A program made the position numbers and the translations under genes. A stretch of 64,000 bases of DNA from Anaerolineaceae bacterium (lineage in GTDB: Bacteria > Chloroflexota > Anaerolineae > Aggregatilineales > Phototrophicaceae). The stretch spans positions 372 to 64,371 of the forward strand of contig REDR01000073.1 in the NCBI GenBank assembly GCA_007693385.1, in the 5' to 3' direction. Positions within the stretch are counted from its first letter, which is position 1, and each line of letters begins with the position of its first letter. The notes below the pieces were generated by a model that was not told where the DNA came from, made no database searches, and saw only the letters and a list, made by a program, of their open reading frames with translations. Below are positions 53,666 through 64,000 of this stretch, in pieces.

Positions 53666-54904
53666 GTGCCTGATATGACTTTTGACTTCATCGACGGCGT
53701 GCCGCCCATCGCTGAACGGCGCATCCGCATAGAAGTGCGTCCCGCCGCCGAACGCGCCCTGCGTGCCGGTCATCCGTGGCTATTCGCGGAGGCCATCACA
53801 GGGCAGAACCGCGACGGTGCGCCCGGCGATCTAGCGGTGATCGTAGATCGCAAAAAGCGCTTTCTGGCGGTTGGCCTGTACGATCCGGCGTCGCCGATCC
53901 GCGTGAAGGTGCTGGCGGCCAACGATCCCGCGCCGATCAATGACGCATGGTTCGCTGACAGGATAGCGGCGGCACTGGCGCGGCGTTCCGCGCTGAATAC
54001 GCCGACGACGGACGGCTACCGGCTGATACACGGCGAAAACGACGGTCTGCCCGCGCTGGTGCTGGATCGCTACGCGGGCACGCTGGTCTTGAAGCTGTAC
54101 AGCGCCGCGTGGCTTCCGCATCTGCGCAACGTATTGCCGATTTTGATAGCGCAACATCCGGCGGATTCGCTGGTGTTGCGGATGAGCCGTGCCATGCAAC
54201 GCGAAGCGACTCACGGCCTGCACGACGGCGCGTTACTACACGGCGCATTGCGCGATGATGAGGTGCGCTTCCATGAGAACGGCCTGACGTTGGGCGCGGA
54301 TGTGGTGCGCGGCCATAAAACCGGCTTCTTCTTCGACCAGCGCGAGAACCGCGCCCGCGTCGGTGCGATGAGCGACGGGGCTGATGTGCTGGACGTGTTC
54401 GCGTATAGCGGCGGCTTTTCGTTGTACGCGGCGGCGGGCGGGGCGCGTTCGGTATTGAGCGTCGATGTTAGCCAGCCTGCACTGGACGCGGCGCAGGAAC
54501 ATTTCGCGCTCAATCGCGGACAGGCCGCCGTTAACGCCTGCCAGCATGAGGGGATCGCCGGTGACGCCTTCGCCACGATGGAGGCATTGCGGCATGACGG
54601 GCGGCGTTTTGATCTGGTGATCGTCGATCCGCCGTCGTTCGCCAAGCGCTCTGCGGAAATCGGGCGGGCGCTGAACGCCTATGAGCGTCTGGCGCGTCTG
54701 GCCGCGCCGCTAGTGCGGGCGGATGGCGTGCTGGTGATGGCTTCCTGTTCTAGCCGCGTTCATGCTGATGCGTTCTTCAAGGCGGTGCGCGGCGGGGTGG
54801 GGCGGCCATGCGTCGAGATGGCGCGGACGTTCCACGCGCTCGATCATCCTATCGGCTTCGCGGAGGGCGCGTATCTCAAATGTTTGTACCTGCATCTGCC
54901 CTGA
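53666..54904 (+). CDS. class I SAM-dependent rRNA (cytosine-C5) methyltransferase, RlmI-like (PUA plus MTase)
   Basis: HKTGFFFDQRENR, SAM motif VLDVFAYSGGFS, and catalytic VIVDPPSFAK. The start is uncertain (GTG 53666 or ATG 53675). Confidence 0.8.
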   Translation: MPDMTFDFIDGVPPIAERRIRIEVRPAAERALRAGHPWLFAEAITGQNRDGAPGDLAVIVDRKKRFLAVGLYDPASPIRVKVLAANDPAPINDAWFADRIAAALARRSALNTPTTDGYRLIHGENDGLPALVLDRYAGTLVLKLYSAAWLPHLRNVLPILIAQHPADSLVLRMSRAMQREATHGLHDGALLHGALRDDEVRFHENGLTLGADVVRGHKTGFFFDQRENRARVGAMSDGADVLDVFAYSGGFSLYAAAGGARSVLSVDVSQPALDAAQEHFALNRGQAAVNACQHEGIAGDAFATMEALRHDGRRFDLVIVDPPSFAKRSAEIGRALNAYERLARLAAPLVRADGVLVMASCSSRVHADAFFKAVRGGVGRPCVEMARTFHALDHPIGFAEGAYLKCLYLHLP

Positions 54905-55026
54905 TCCCCCCGTTTTCACCCCGCAATGTGATAAAAAGCGCCGCTTTTAGTCACAAACTTCACTAAAGCAAGTCTCCCTCAGCGTTTAGTATAGAGGTGG
55001 AATCGTAATGTTGAGGAGATAATCTC

Positions 55027-56823
55027 TTGACCGAGACAATAACCCATGATGTGATTATTGTTGGCGCTGGCTTAGCCGGTAGCTGGGCGGCAATGGTCGC
55101 CAGCCGTGAAGGTGTGACCAATATCGGCGTTCTGTCGAAAGTCTATCCGCTTCGTTCCCACAGTGGCGCGGCGCAGGGTGGCATCGCAGGCGCATTAAAC
55201 AACATTCGCTCGGTAGATGGCAAGCTAGAATCGGTGCCGGTGGGCGAAAGCGGCGATGACAGTATCGAATCGCACATGTTCGACACCATCAAAGGCTCGG
55301 ACTGGTTGGGCGATCAAGACTCGATTGAGGTCATGGTCAACGACGCGCCGGGCATCATCTACGAATACGAGCGCATGGGCTGTGTGTTCAGCCGTCTGGA
55401 AGATGGCCGCATCGCGCAACGGCGCTTCGGCGGGCACAGTTCCCCCCGCGCCAATTACGCGGCGGACTGGACAGGCCACGTCTTGCTCCACACTATCCAC
55501 GAACAAGCCTTGCGGCATGGCGTCCGCTTTTATAGCGAATGGCAGATGATGGAACTCATCATCGAAGACGGCGTGTGTCGTGGCGTGGTGGCGATGGACA
55601 TTCTGACCGGCGAACTGCACGTGATGCGGGCGAAAGCGGTGATGTTCGCTACCGGCGGTTACGGGCGCGTGTACCAGATTACATCGAACGCGACGGCCAA
55701 TACCGGCGACGGCGTAGCGATTGCTTATAACGCCGGTGTGCCCCTGCTCGATATGGAATTCGTGCAATTCCACCCGACCGGCATTTACAAACACGGCATC
55801 CTGATGAGCGAAGCCTGTCGCGGTGAGGGCGGCTATCTGCTCAACGCTAACGGCGAGCGCTTTATGGAAAATTACGCGCCGGATAAGATGGAACTCGCCC
55901 CGCGTGACCTCGTGAGCCGTTCCGAGCAAACCGAGATCAACGAAGGGCGCGGCATCGGCGACGATAAGCAGGGGATTTATCTTGACTTGCGTCATCTGGG
56001 AGCAGAGCGCATTATGGAGCGTCTGCCGCAGGTGCGCGAGATCGCCATGAGCTTCTTGGGCGTAGACATCATCGACGAGCCAGCCCCCATCCAGCCGACC
56101 GCGCATTACAGCATGGGCGGCATCCCCACCGACGTGAACGGGCAGGTCGTCATCGACGCCGACAACACGCCGTTACACGGCTTCTTCGCGGCGGGCGAAT
56201 GTGCCGCCGTCAGCGTGCATGGCGCGAATCGTCTGGGCACCAATAGCCTGCTAGAGGCTTCCGTATTCGGGCGGCGTGCCGGTTATGCCATCGCGGAATT
56301 CATCAAAGGCGGCGCGAAGTTGCACCCGTATAGCGGCGATGGCGTCAGCCGTCAGCGCGAACGCCTCGATAACTTCATGTCTAAATCGCGGCAGAACGGC
56401 AACGGACGCGGCCAGCCGGAACAGGTTGCCGCAATCGCCGCCGAGCTAAAGCAGAACATGACCGATAATTGCGGCATCTATCGCACCGAAGAGAAATTGC
56501 TGATCGCCCGCGAGAAAGTGCGCGAACTGCGCGAGCGCTTCAAGCGCGTGGTCGTCATGGACTCCAGCCAGCGTTTCAATACCGAGTTGCTGACCGCCGT
56601 TGAGACCGAGCATCTGCTGACATTCAGCGAAGTCATCATCGAAGGCGCACTCAACCGTACCGAGAGTCGCGGGGCGCATTTCCGCACCGACTATCCCAAG
56701 CGTAATGATGAGCAATGGATGAAGCACACGCTGGCGCAAAATACGCCGGAAGGCGTAGCGCTTTCCTACAAGCCGGTGCATATCTTCTGGGATCGCTACC
56801 CACCGCAAGAACGTAAATACTAG
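55027..56823 (+). CDS. sdhA: succinate dehydrogenase/fumarate reductase flavoprotein subunit
   Basis: TTG start after [26 protein letters not shown] (covalent FAD His), HPTG, RGEGG and [13 protein letters not shown]. Confidence 0.9.
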   Translation: MTETITHDVIIVGAGLAGSWAAMVASREGVTNIGVLSKVYPLRSHSGAAQGGIAGALNNIRSVDGKLESVPVGESGDDSIESHMFDTIKGSDWLGDQDSIEVMVNDAPGIIYEYERMGCVFSRLEDGRIAQRRFGGHSSPRANYAADWTGHVLLHTIHEQALRHGVRFYSEWQMMELIIEDGVCRGVVAMDILTGELHVMRAKAVMFATGGYGRVYQITSNATANTGDGVAIAYNAGVPLLDMEFVQFHPTGIYKHGILMSEACRGEGGYLLNANGERFMENYAPDKMELAPRDLVSRSEQTEINEGRGIGDDKQGIYLDLRHLGAERIMERLPQVREIAMSFLGVDIIDEPAPIQPTAHYSMGGIPTDVNGQVVIDADNTPLHGFFAAGECAAVSVHGANRLGTNSLLEASVFGRRAGYAIAEFIKGGAKLHPYSGDGVSRQRERLDNFMSKSRQNGNGRGQPEQVAAIAAELKQNMTDNCGIYRTEEKLLIAREKVRELRERFKRVVVMDSSQRFNTELLTAVETEHLLTFSEVIIEGALNRTESRGAHFRTDYPKRNDEQWMKHTLAQNTPEGVALSYKPVHIFWDRYPPQERKY

Positions 56824-56842
56824 AGAGGGCTGGATATTTATC

Positions 56843-57634
56843 ATGACGAACAGAACAGTCACCGTCAGCATTAAACGGTATAACCCCGAGACGGACAAGA
56901 AACCGTACTGGCAGGATTTTCAGGTCGAGTTGACCGCCGAGACCACACTGCTCAGCGCGTTAGAAGACATCAAATCGGATCAAGACGGCAGTCTGACATT
57001 CCGGCGCTCGTGCCGCCATGCGATCTGCGGTAGCTGTGCGATGATGGTCAATCGCGCCAATATGCTGGTGTGCGACCTGCCGCTAGAAAAAGTCCTCGAC
57101 AAGAATGATCGTGTCACGGTGGAGCCTCTGCCATATCAGCCAGTTATCCGCGACCTTGTGGCCGATCAATCCTCGTTCTGGAAGCAATACGAGCGCGTGA
57201 AGCCGTGGCTGGTGCCGCCGGAAGGCGAACATCAAAGAGAGTTCCGCATGACGCCGGAAGAAGTCAAGGCGCTGGAACATGCCGAGATGTGCATCATGTG
57301 TGGCGCGTGCTATTCATCCTGCCCGATCATCGCCGGCAACAAAGAATACATCGGCCCGCACGCCCTGCTCAAAGCGTTCATGCGCGTGCTAGACCCCCGC
57401 GACACCATACCGGAGGAACGGCTGGACATCGTGTGTAACACCGAAGGCGCGTATCGTTGCCATAAGGTGCTGAACTGCACGCAGGCTTGCCCGAAGGGAC
57501 TCGATCCGGCGAAGGCCATCGCGGTTTTAGCCAATCTCGGCTTCCGTACCGGCAAGATTTCGCAGGAACGCATGGAGCGCCTGCGCAGTTTGATACCGGC
57601 GGATGAAATTCCGGTCAAGGCGGCGGGCGACTGA
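56843..57634 (+). CDS. sdhB: succinate dehydrogenase/fumarate reductase iron-sulfur subunit
   Basis: Three cluster motifs: CRHAICGSCAMMVN, CIMCGACYSSCP and CHKVLNCTQACPKGL. Confidence 0.9.
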   Translation: MTNRTVTVSIKRYNPETDKKPYWQDFQVELTAETTLLSALEDIKSDQDGSLTFRRSCRHAICGSCAMMVNRANMLVCDLPLEKVLDKNDRVTVEPLPYQPVIRDLVADQSSFWKQYERVKPWLVPPEGEHQREFRMTPEEVKALEHAEMCIMCGACYSSCPIIAGNKEYIGPHALLKAFMRVLDPRDTIPEERLDIVCNTEGAYRCHKVLNCTQACPKGLDPAKAIAVLANLGFRTGKISQERMERLRSLIPADEIPVKAAGD

Positions 57635-57669
57635 TCGCACTATATCTGAGACGTATATAATCAACATAT

Positions 57670-57701
57670 CGCGGGCGCACACCATTGCGCCCGCGTTTTT
57701 T
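57670..57701 (+). terminator. rho-independent terminator
   Basis: CGCGGGCGCA-CACCAT-TGCGCCCGCG followed by TTTTTT, 35 nt after the sdhB stop. Confidence 0.9.
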
Positions 57702-57727
57702 GACGCGATACGCCGCCGTGTTATAAT
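57700..57727 (+). promoter_or_regulatory. candidate promoter TTGACG-16 nt-TATAAT with extended -10 (TGT)
   Basis: Immediately after the sdhB terminator and about 40 nt upstream of the M20 peptidase ATG. Confidence 0.5.
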
Positions 57728-57769
57728 GCGCCGACGACAAATTGCTATATTCCCCGTGAGGTTAAAACC

Positions 57770-59161
57770 ATGGATTCTGCACCGGATTATGCCCGCCAGA
57801 AAGCGGCGGATTTCATCGCGCAACTCAACGAACTGCTGACCATCCCCAGCATCAGTACGCTAGCCGAACATGCGCCCGATGTCGAACGCGCCGCGCGTTG
57901 GCTGGTGGACGACATGCGCCGCATCGGTCTACGGGCGGAGATTCACCGCGCCGACGGCTATCTACCGCTTGTATATGGTGAATGGTTGGGCGCGGGCGCG
58001 GACGCGCCGACGGTTCTCGTCTACGGTCATTACGACGTGCAACCCGCCGACATCGCCGACGGCTGGGGTACGCCGCCATTCCAGCCCACACAGCGCGACG
58101 GCCGCATTTATGCGCGGGGTGCGCTGGATAGCAAGGGGCACGTCATCGCGCACCTGAAAGCGGTGGAGTCCTTGCTGGCGACGGGCGACGCGCTGTGTAA
58201 TATCAAACTGCTGTTTGAAGGCGAAGAGGAATCCGGCTCGGCGCATATTTACCAGTTCGTGCGCGACAACCGTCAGCGCCTACAGGCCGATGTCATCGTG
58301 GTATCCGATGGCAGTATGCCCGATGAAAAACAGCCGGTTCTGGTGTATGGTCTGCGCGGCATCATCCAGTTCGAGATGACCGTGACCGGCCCGGCGCGTG
58401 ACCTGCATAGCGGGCACTATGGCGGCAATGTGCATAACCCGCTACAGGCGCTGACCGAGATCATGGCGGCGCTACACGATGAGAGAGGGCGCGTCACTGT
58501 GCCCGGCTTCTACGACGCGGTGCGTCCGATCACCGCGCAGGAGCGCGACGTGTTGGACGGGATGCGCGAATGGTCGGAGCGCGAATGGCACGCCGTCACC
58601 GGAGCGCCCGCCACATGGGGCGAACCGGATTACGCCCTGCACGAACGTTCCGGCGCACGCCCCACGCTGGAAATCAACGGGATGGCGGGCGGCTTCTTCG
58701 AGAAAGGCTTCAAGACGGTCATCCCGCATAAAGCATGGGCGAAGTTCAGTTGTCGCCTTGTGCCCGACCAGCAACCGGCGACCATCGCGGGACAGGTCAT
58801 CGACTACATCCACGCGCTGACGCCGCCCACCGTGCGCGTCGAAGTGACCAGCGATTGGCGCGACGCCGCGCCCGGCGTGGTGCTGGACTACGAATCGCCC
58901 TCCATGCAAGCCTGCATCCGCGCCTATGAGCAAGGGTGGGGCGTCCGCCCGATCCTCACCCGTGAGGGCGGCAGTGTGCCGGTTGTCGCCGTGTTCGCCG
59001 AAGTGCTGGACGGCGACGTGGTGCTGATGCCGTTCGGCTATAAAGGCGGCGGAGCGCACAGCACCAACGAATATATCGTGATTGAGATGTTCCATAAAGG
59101 TATACAGACCGCGCTCGCCTTCTACGACCAATTCGCCGCTTTGCACTCCGGCGCGGATTAG
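57770..59161 (+). CDS. M20 family dipeptidase/metallopeptidase
   Basis: GHYDVQP, FEGEEESGS and the dimerisation-domain layout typical of M20A. Confidence 0.85.
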   Translation: MDSAPDYARQKAADFIAQLNELLTIPSISTLAEHAPDVERAARWLVDDMRRIGLRAEIHRADGYLPLVYGEWLGAGADAPTVLVYGHYDVQPADIADGWGTPPFQPTQRDGRIYARGALDSKGHVIAHLKAVESLLATGDALCNIKLLFEGEEESGSAHIYQFVRDNRQRLQADVIVVSDGSMPDEKQPVLVYGLRGIIQFEMTVTGPARDLHSGHYGGNVHNPLQALTEIMAALHDERGRVTVPGFYDAVRPITAQERDVLDGMREWSEREWHAVTGAPATWGEPDYALHERSGARPTLEINGMAGGFFEKGFKTVIPHKAWAKFSCRLVPDQQPATIAGQVIDYIHALTPPTVRVEVTSDWRDAAPGVVLDYESPSMQACIRAYEQGWGVRPILTREGGSVPVVAVFAEVLDGDVVLMPFGYKGGGAHSTNEYIVIEMFHKGIQTALAFYDQFAALHSGAD

Positions 59162-60708
59162 TCCGGCGTGATCGCCGCGAATGCGCCTTGCGCGACCAGC
59201 GCCTGCATAGCCTCCATGTAGCGATGTAGCGCTGTGTCGCGCTCGATGAACGGCACATGCCCGCGGATCAGATCATAGGCGGAGGCGGTGCCCGCCCCCA
59301 TTTTCGCGTCGGGCAGGACATCGCGCCGGAAGTCGATCCCCTGCGCCGCCGCCATCAACTCCAACGCGAGGATGCGCTCTACATTGTCATTGATGCGCCG
59401 CCCCTTCAGCGCCGCCGTGACGCCCATGCTCACATGATCTTCGACATTGGCCGATGTCGGGATGGTGTCCACGCTGGCCGGATGCGACAGGATTTTGCTC
59501 TCCGTCGCCAGCGCCGCCGCCGTATACTGCACGATCATGAAGCCGCTATTCAGCCCGCCCTCACGGGTGAGGAAGGCGGGGAGCGTGCCGGTATTGCTGG
59601 CTTCATCAACCAGACGCATGATGCGCCGTTCGCTGATGTTGCCCAATTCACTGACCGCCAGCCCCAGATAGTCCATCGCAATGGCGAGCGGTTCGCCGTG
59701 AAAGTTGCCGCCGGAGATGACTTCGATTTCGCCGCTTCCCTCATCGACGAAGATCAACGGATTATCTGTGACCGCGTTCAGTTCAATCTCGAACACCCAT
59801 CGCGCATAGGCGATAGCATCACGCACCGCGCCGTGAACCTGCGGGATACAGCGCAGGGTGTAGGCGTCCTGTACGTTGTGCGAATCGTCGCCGCGTGTGA
59901 ACGTGCTACCGGCCAGCAAGTGGCGCAGATTGGCCGCGCATTCGATCTGGCGCGGGAACGGGCGCAACCGGTGCAGGCGCTCGTCGAAGGCGCGTTGTGT
60001 GCCGTGTAGCGCCTCTAGGCTCATACATCCGGCGATGTCGGCTGTGCGGCTGATGCGCTCGGCGCGGTCTGTTTCCAGCACGCCCAACGCACACATCACG
60101 CTGGTGCCATTGGTCAGCGCCAAGCCCTCTTTAGCCGCCAATTGGATGACTGGCAAGCCCGCCCGCCGCATCGCCTCTGCGCCGTCCAGTTTCTCGCCTC
60201 CCCAGAGCGCTTCCCCCGCGCCGATCATCGGGAGCGCCATGTGTGCCAGTGGCGCGAGGTCGCCGCTTGCGCCCAAAGAGCCTTTTTGCGGGATGATCGG
60301 ATGCACACCGCGATTCAACATATCGAGGATCAGGCGCACCGTGCCCAGTCGGATGCCAGAATAGCCGCGTGCCAGCGTGTTCGCACGGATCAACATGATA
60401 GCGCGGGTGGTGGGGATGTCGAACGGATCGCCGACGCCTACCGCATGGCTGACCAGAATATTGTGTTGCAATTGCTCGACTTGCTCCGGCGGGATGACGC
60501 GATCCTTAAACGCGCCGAAGCCGGTGGTGATGCCATACGCGATTACGCCGTCGTTTAGTAGTTGCTGTACCGCCTCCGCCGAGCGCTCGATGCGGGCTTC
60601 GGCCTTAGCACTCAACGTCAAGCGCGGCTGATCGGGCTGACCATACGCCACGCGCAGTACGTCTTCCATTGTCAGGCTTTCGCCGTCTAAGATGATGTTG
60701 TCGGCCAC
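59158..60708 (-). CDS. hutH: histidine ammonia-lyase
   Basis: MIO-forming GSLGASGDLAPLAH. 516 aa. Confidence 0.95.
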   Translation of the reverse strand: MADNIILDGESLTMEDVLRVAYGQPDQPRLTLSAKAEARIERSAEAVQQLLNDGVIAYGITTGFGAFKDRVIPPEQVEQLQHNILVSHAVGVGDPFDIPTTRAIMLIRANTLARGYSGIRLGTVRLILDMLNRGVHPIIPQKGSLGASGDLAPLAHMALPMIGAGEALWGGEKLDGAEAMRRAGLPVIQLAAKEGLALTNGTSVMCALGVLETDRAERISRTADIAGCMSLEALHGTQRAFDERLHRLRPFPRQIECAANLRHLLAGSTFTRGDDSHNVQDAYTLRCIPQVHGAVRDAIAYARWVFEIELNAVTDNPLIFVDEGSGEIEVISGGNFHGEPLAIAMDYLGLAVSELGNISERRIMRLVDEASNTGTLPAFLTREGGLNSGFMIVQYTAAALATESKILSHPASVDTIPTSANVEDHVSMGVTAALKGRRINDNVERILALELMAAAQGIDFRRDVLPDAKMGAGTASAYDLIRGHVPFIERDTALHRYMEAMQALVAQGAFAAITPD

Positions 60709-61976
60709 GCGCTCACCCCTTTGATGATGACTTGCTTCACGATTGAATCGCCGAATTCGTAGATCATAGCGCGGTAATCATCAGCGTCTAGAATCACGAT
60801 GTCGGCCTGCTTGCCCGCCTCCAACGAGCCGACGCGATCCGCCATGCCTAGCGCCACAGCCGCGTTGATCGTGCAGGCGTTGAGCGCTTCCGCCGGTAGC
60901 AGGCGCTGATAACGGCAGGCCAGCGCCATCACCATCGGCTGGCTGAGTGTCGGCGCGGAGCCCGGGTTGTAGTCGGTGGATAGCGCCATGATTCCGCCGG
61001 AATCGATCAAAAAGCGGGCGTCGCCGTAGTGATCGTTCCCCAGATTGAAATTCACGGCGGGCAACATCACGCCGACCGTTTCCGACTTCGCCAGAAACGC
61101 CAGTTCATCCTGTGGCGTCACGTCCAGATGATCGACGGAGAGCGCCCCTAGCTCAACCGCCATCGCCGCGCCGCCCAGATTGACGAATTCATCGACGTGC
61201 GCTTTAATCGGCATCCGCCATTTATCCCGCGCCGCCCGCAAGAGATGGCGCGATGTCGCCGCGTCAAACACGCCTTCTTCGCAGAATACATCCGCCGCCA
61301 GCCGCACCCCACGCGCCGCTAACGCGGTTTGCCGGTAAGCCTCATGGATGGCGGGGAGCATGTCGTCCATTATGTGCGCGGCGTAGGCCTTCATGTCCGG
61401 TTGTTCCGGCGGGATGGCGTGCGCTCCCATGAACGTCGGCACGATGTTGAGCGGCAGGCGCTCGGCTATTTCGGCGATGACGTTCAGCATCTTGACCTCT
61501 GATGCGGTGTCCAACCCGTAGCCGGTCTTGATCTCGACTGTCGTCGTGCCACAGGCCAGCATCCGCAGGAGGCGGCGCGTCGCGCTTCCGGTCAGCGCGT
61601 CCGGCGTGGCGGCGCGTGTCGCCCGCATCGTGCTGAGGATGCCGCCGCCCGCCGCTAGGATTTCCATGTACGTCGCGCCCGCGATGCGTCGCTCGAATTC
61701 GTCCAACCGGCTACCGGCAAATACCGCGTGCGTGTGCGGATCAACAAGGCCGGGCACTACCGCGCACCCGTTCGCGTCGATGATTTGATCCGCCTGATAC
61801 GCGGCGCGGATGTCGTCCGTTGTGCCGACGGCGATGATCTGCCCGCCCGTGATGGCAACCGCGCCGCCGTCGATGATACCGGCTTCGCGCATATCCGCGC
61901 CGCGCTTCGGCTGGCCGCCGCCCGCGCAGGTGACCAGTTGCGCCGCATTGATGATGAGTGTATCGGCTGTTTGCAT
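60687..61976 (-). CDS. hutI: imidazolonepropionase
   Basis: Amidohydrolase fold with GLVDPHTHAVFAG. Lies between hutU and hutH. Confidence 0.9.
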   Translation of the reverse strand: MQTADTLIINAAQLVTCAGGGQPKRGADMREAGIIDGGAVAITGGQIIAVGTTDDIRAAYQADQIIDANGCAVVPGLVDPHTHAVFAGSRLDEFERRIAGATYMEILAAGGGILSTMRATRAATPDALTGSATRRLLRMLACGTTTVEIKTGYGLDTASEVKMLNVIAEIAERLPLNIVPTFMGAHAIPPEQPDMKAYAAHIMDDMLPAIHEAYRQTALAARGVRLAADVFCEEGVFDAATSRHLLRAARDKWRMPIKAHVDEFVNLGGAAMAVELGALSVDHLDVTPQDELAFLAKSETVGVMLPAVNFNLGNDHYGDARFLIDSGGIMALSTDYNPGSAPTLSQPMVMALACRYQRLLPAEALNACTINAAVALGMADRVGSLEAGKQADIVILDADDYRAMIYEFGDSIVKQVIIKGVSAWPTTSS

Positions 61977-61979
61977 GAT

Positions 61980-63644
61980 CTACCGCCCGTCGTCCATCGG
62001 AATCTGAATGCCATGTTCGCGGGCGAAGCGCCGCGCTTCGTCATAACCGGCGTCGGCATGGCGCACCACGCCCATCCCCGGATCGCACGTCAGCACGCGC
62101 TCCAGACGGGCGGCGGCCTCCGGCGTGCCATCGGCGACGATGACCTGTCCGGCGTGCTGGCTGTAACCGATGCCGACCCCGCCGCCGTGATGGATGCTGA
62201 CCCATGTCGCGCCGCCCACCGCGTTAATCATCGCGTTGAGCAATGCCCAGTCGGAGATGGCGTCGCTCCCGTCTTTCATCGCTTCCGTCTCGCGGTTGGG
62301 GCTGGCGACCGAGCCGCTATCCAGATGATCGCGCCCGATGACGATGGGGGCGCTCACTTCACCATTGGCGACCATCTCGTTAAAGCGCAGGCCAGCCCGC
62401 GCCCGCTCGCCGTAACCTAGCCAGCAAATCCGCGCCGGTAGGCCTTGAAAGTCGATCTGCTCCCGCGCCATCTCTAGCCAGCGCTGGAGGTGTGTATCTT
62501 CCGGGAACATCTGCATGATAGCGCGGTCTGTGGCGTAGATGTCTTCTGGATCGCCGGAGAGCGCCACCCACCGGAACGGCCCTTTGCCTTCGCAGAATAG
62601 CGGGCGGACATACGCCGGTACGAATCCGGGGTAGCTGAACGCTTCGCGCACGCCATAATCAAACGCCCTTTGCCGCAGATTATTGCCGTAGTCGAACACC
62701 ACCGCGCCCTGCGCCTGCCAGTCGAGCATAGCCTGTACATGCTGTGCCATGGATTGCATCGCCCGTTCTTCGTAGGCTTGCGGATCGCTGACGCGCAATG
62801 CCGCCGCCTCTTCTAGCGATAATCCGGCGGGGATGTAGCCGTACATCACATCATGGGCGCTGGTCTGGTCGGTGACGACATCCGGCAGGACGCCACGCAC
62901 GATCATCTCCGGCAGGATTTCGCTGGCATTGCCGATCAAGCCGACAGACTTCGGCGCACCGGCTGACAGCGCCTCTTCCACCCACGTCATCGCCTCTTCT
63001 AAATTGTCGGTGATGGCGTCGATCTGCCGCAAGTTCAGCCGTCTCTCCGCCCGCCAGCGATCCACCTCAACGAACAGGCCGACACCGCCGTTCATCGTGA
63101 CCGCCAACGGTTGAGCGCCGCCCATCTCGCCTAATCCGGCGGTGACGACGAATTTCCCCTTCAGACTTTCCCAGCCGTGTTGACGCGCCAACGCGCCAAA
63201 CGTCTCGTATGTGCCCTGTAGAATCCCCTGCGTGCCGATATAAATCCAGCTTCCGGCGGTCATCTGCCCGTACATGATGAGGCCGTCGCGCTCCCATTTG
63301 TCGAAATTCGCCTGCGTCGCCCACGCGGGCACGATATTGCTATTGGCGATCAAGACGCGGGGCGCGTCGGCGTGCGTGCGGAAGACCGCTACCGGCTTGC
63401 CGGACTGCACCAATAGCGTCTCGTCCGGCTCCAAGCGGCGTAAACTATCCAGTATCGCGTCGAACGCTTCCCAGTTCCGCGCCGCTTTGCCGCGCCCGCC
63501 ATACACGATCAGGTTATCGGGATCGAACGCGACATCCGGATCGAGATTATTCTGTATCATGCGGTAGGCGGCTTCGATCAGCCAATTCTTGCAGTTGAGT
63601 TGTGTGCCGGTGGGCGCTTTGATAACCCGTTTTGGCGTGGTCAT
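61980..63644 (-). CDS. hutU: urocanate hydratase
   Basis: [21 protein letters not shown] site. ATG 63644 follows GAGGAGG. The track start at 63737 adds 31 aa with no RBS. Confidence 0.95.
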   Translation of the reverse strand: MTTPKRVIKAPTGTQLNCKNWLIEAAYRMIQNNLDPDVAFDPDNLIVYGGRGKAARNWEAFDAILDSLRRLEPDETLLVQSGKPVAVFRTHADAPRVLIANSNIVPAWATQANFDKWERDGLIMYGQMTAGSWIYIGTQGILQGTYETFGALARQHGWESLKGKFVVTAGLGEMGGAQPLAVTMNGGVGLFVEVDRWRAERRLNLRQIDAITDNLEEAMTWVEEALSAGAPKSVGLIGNASEILPEMIVRGVLPDVVTDQTSAHDVMYGYIPAGLSLEEAAALRVSDPQAYEERAMQSMAQHVQAMLDWQAQGAVVFDYGNNLRQRAFDYGVREAFSYPGFVPAYVRPLFCEGKGPFRWVALSGDPEDIYATDRAIMQMFPEDTHLQRWLEMAREQIDFQGLPARICWLGYGERARAGLRFNEMVANGEVSAPIVIGRDHLDSGSVASPNRETEAMKDGSDAISDWALLNAMINAVGGATWVSIHHGGGVGIGYSQHAGQVIVADGTPEAAARLERVLTCDPGMGVVRHADAGYDEARRFAREHGIQIPMDDGR

Positions 63645-63758
63645 GGTCAAAAAATCCTCCTCTAAAAAATGTTTTCTTGTAGATTCTCTCGTCACCTTTT
63701 TTGAAAAAGGGTCTCTGCTTCGGAAATGTATCGCCAAAAAAGCCTTTTAATAACGCGC

Positions 63759-64000
63759 TTAGCGTTCGGCCAGAAAATGCCAGATAGCGGCAGAGGCCAG
63801 TCGGCTAGTGCGGCCATCGACATCATAATGCGGATTCACTTCGGTGATCTCGAATAGCCGCGTGCGTTCCTCCGCGCCTGCGATGGTGGCGACGGTGCAT
63901 AATGCCTCACCGCTCAAGCCGGTGGGATTCACCGCGCTGACGCCCGGCGCATCGCTGGCGCGTACCACGTCCATATCCACGCCCCAGAACACCGCGTTCG
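63759..64000 (-). CDS. hutG: arginase-family formimidoylglutamase, partial (5' end beyond the right edge)
   Basis: The C-terminal segment ...FEITEVNPHYDVDGRTSRLASAAIWHFL resembles ureohydrolase-family C-termini, and the frame continues past 64000. The hut operon context supports the call. Confidence 0.65.
   Translation of the reverse strand, partial: NAVFWGVDMDVVRASDAPGVSAVNPTGLSGEALCTVATIAGAEERTRLFEITEVNPHYDVDGRTSRLASAAIWHFLAER

Overview
GC-rich chromosomal segment with about 51 protein-coding genes in alternating strand blocks. By eye I found no rRNA, tRNA, CRISPR array, transposase or integrase. All family calls come from motif recognition on the supplied translations; no alignments were run. 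Left to right: a partial MFS transporter; a four-subunit 2-oxoacid:ferredoxin oxidoreductase (delta-alpha-beta-gamma order) directly upstream of a complete bidirectional [NiFe] hydrogenase block hoxEFUYH-hoxW-hypAFCDE with no hypB; a low-GC islet with a membrane protein and an orphan 30-codon ORF; an nrfHA nitrite-ammonification operon extended by two extra c-type cytochrome genes; a secreted VWA protein with six repeats; a penicillin-acylase-family Ntn hydrolase; a COG0523 metallochaperone GTPase divergent from a triple-repeat secreted protein; an operon with a GH125-like::GT4 fusion protein and a GH13_18 sugar phosphorylase; a second low-GC islet with a consensus promoter, a small 2-TM protein and a 45-nt perfect palindrome; a secreted alpha/beta hydrolase; a persulfide dioxygenase-rhodanese fusion with a YgaP-like rhodanese; a P-type ATPase; nifJ (PFOR) coupled to a DHOD-like flavoprotein; a LacI-controlled sugar ABC importer with a clan GH-J hydrolase; two tandem paralogous membrane proteins of unknown family; an RlmI-like methyltransferase; sdhAB without anchor genes; an M20 peptidase; and a hutG-hutU-hutI-hutH operon running off the right edge. 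The gene content (Hox, Nrf, OFOR, PFOR) suggests a facultative anaerobe, possibly Chloroflexota-like, but that is inference only. No classical defence or mobile system is visible. The best candidates for undescribed biology are the OFOR-Hox linkage, the extended nrf operon, the GH::GT fusion operon, the two low-GC small-protein islets, the COG0523/repeat-protein pair and the tandem membrane paralogs.
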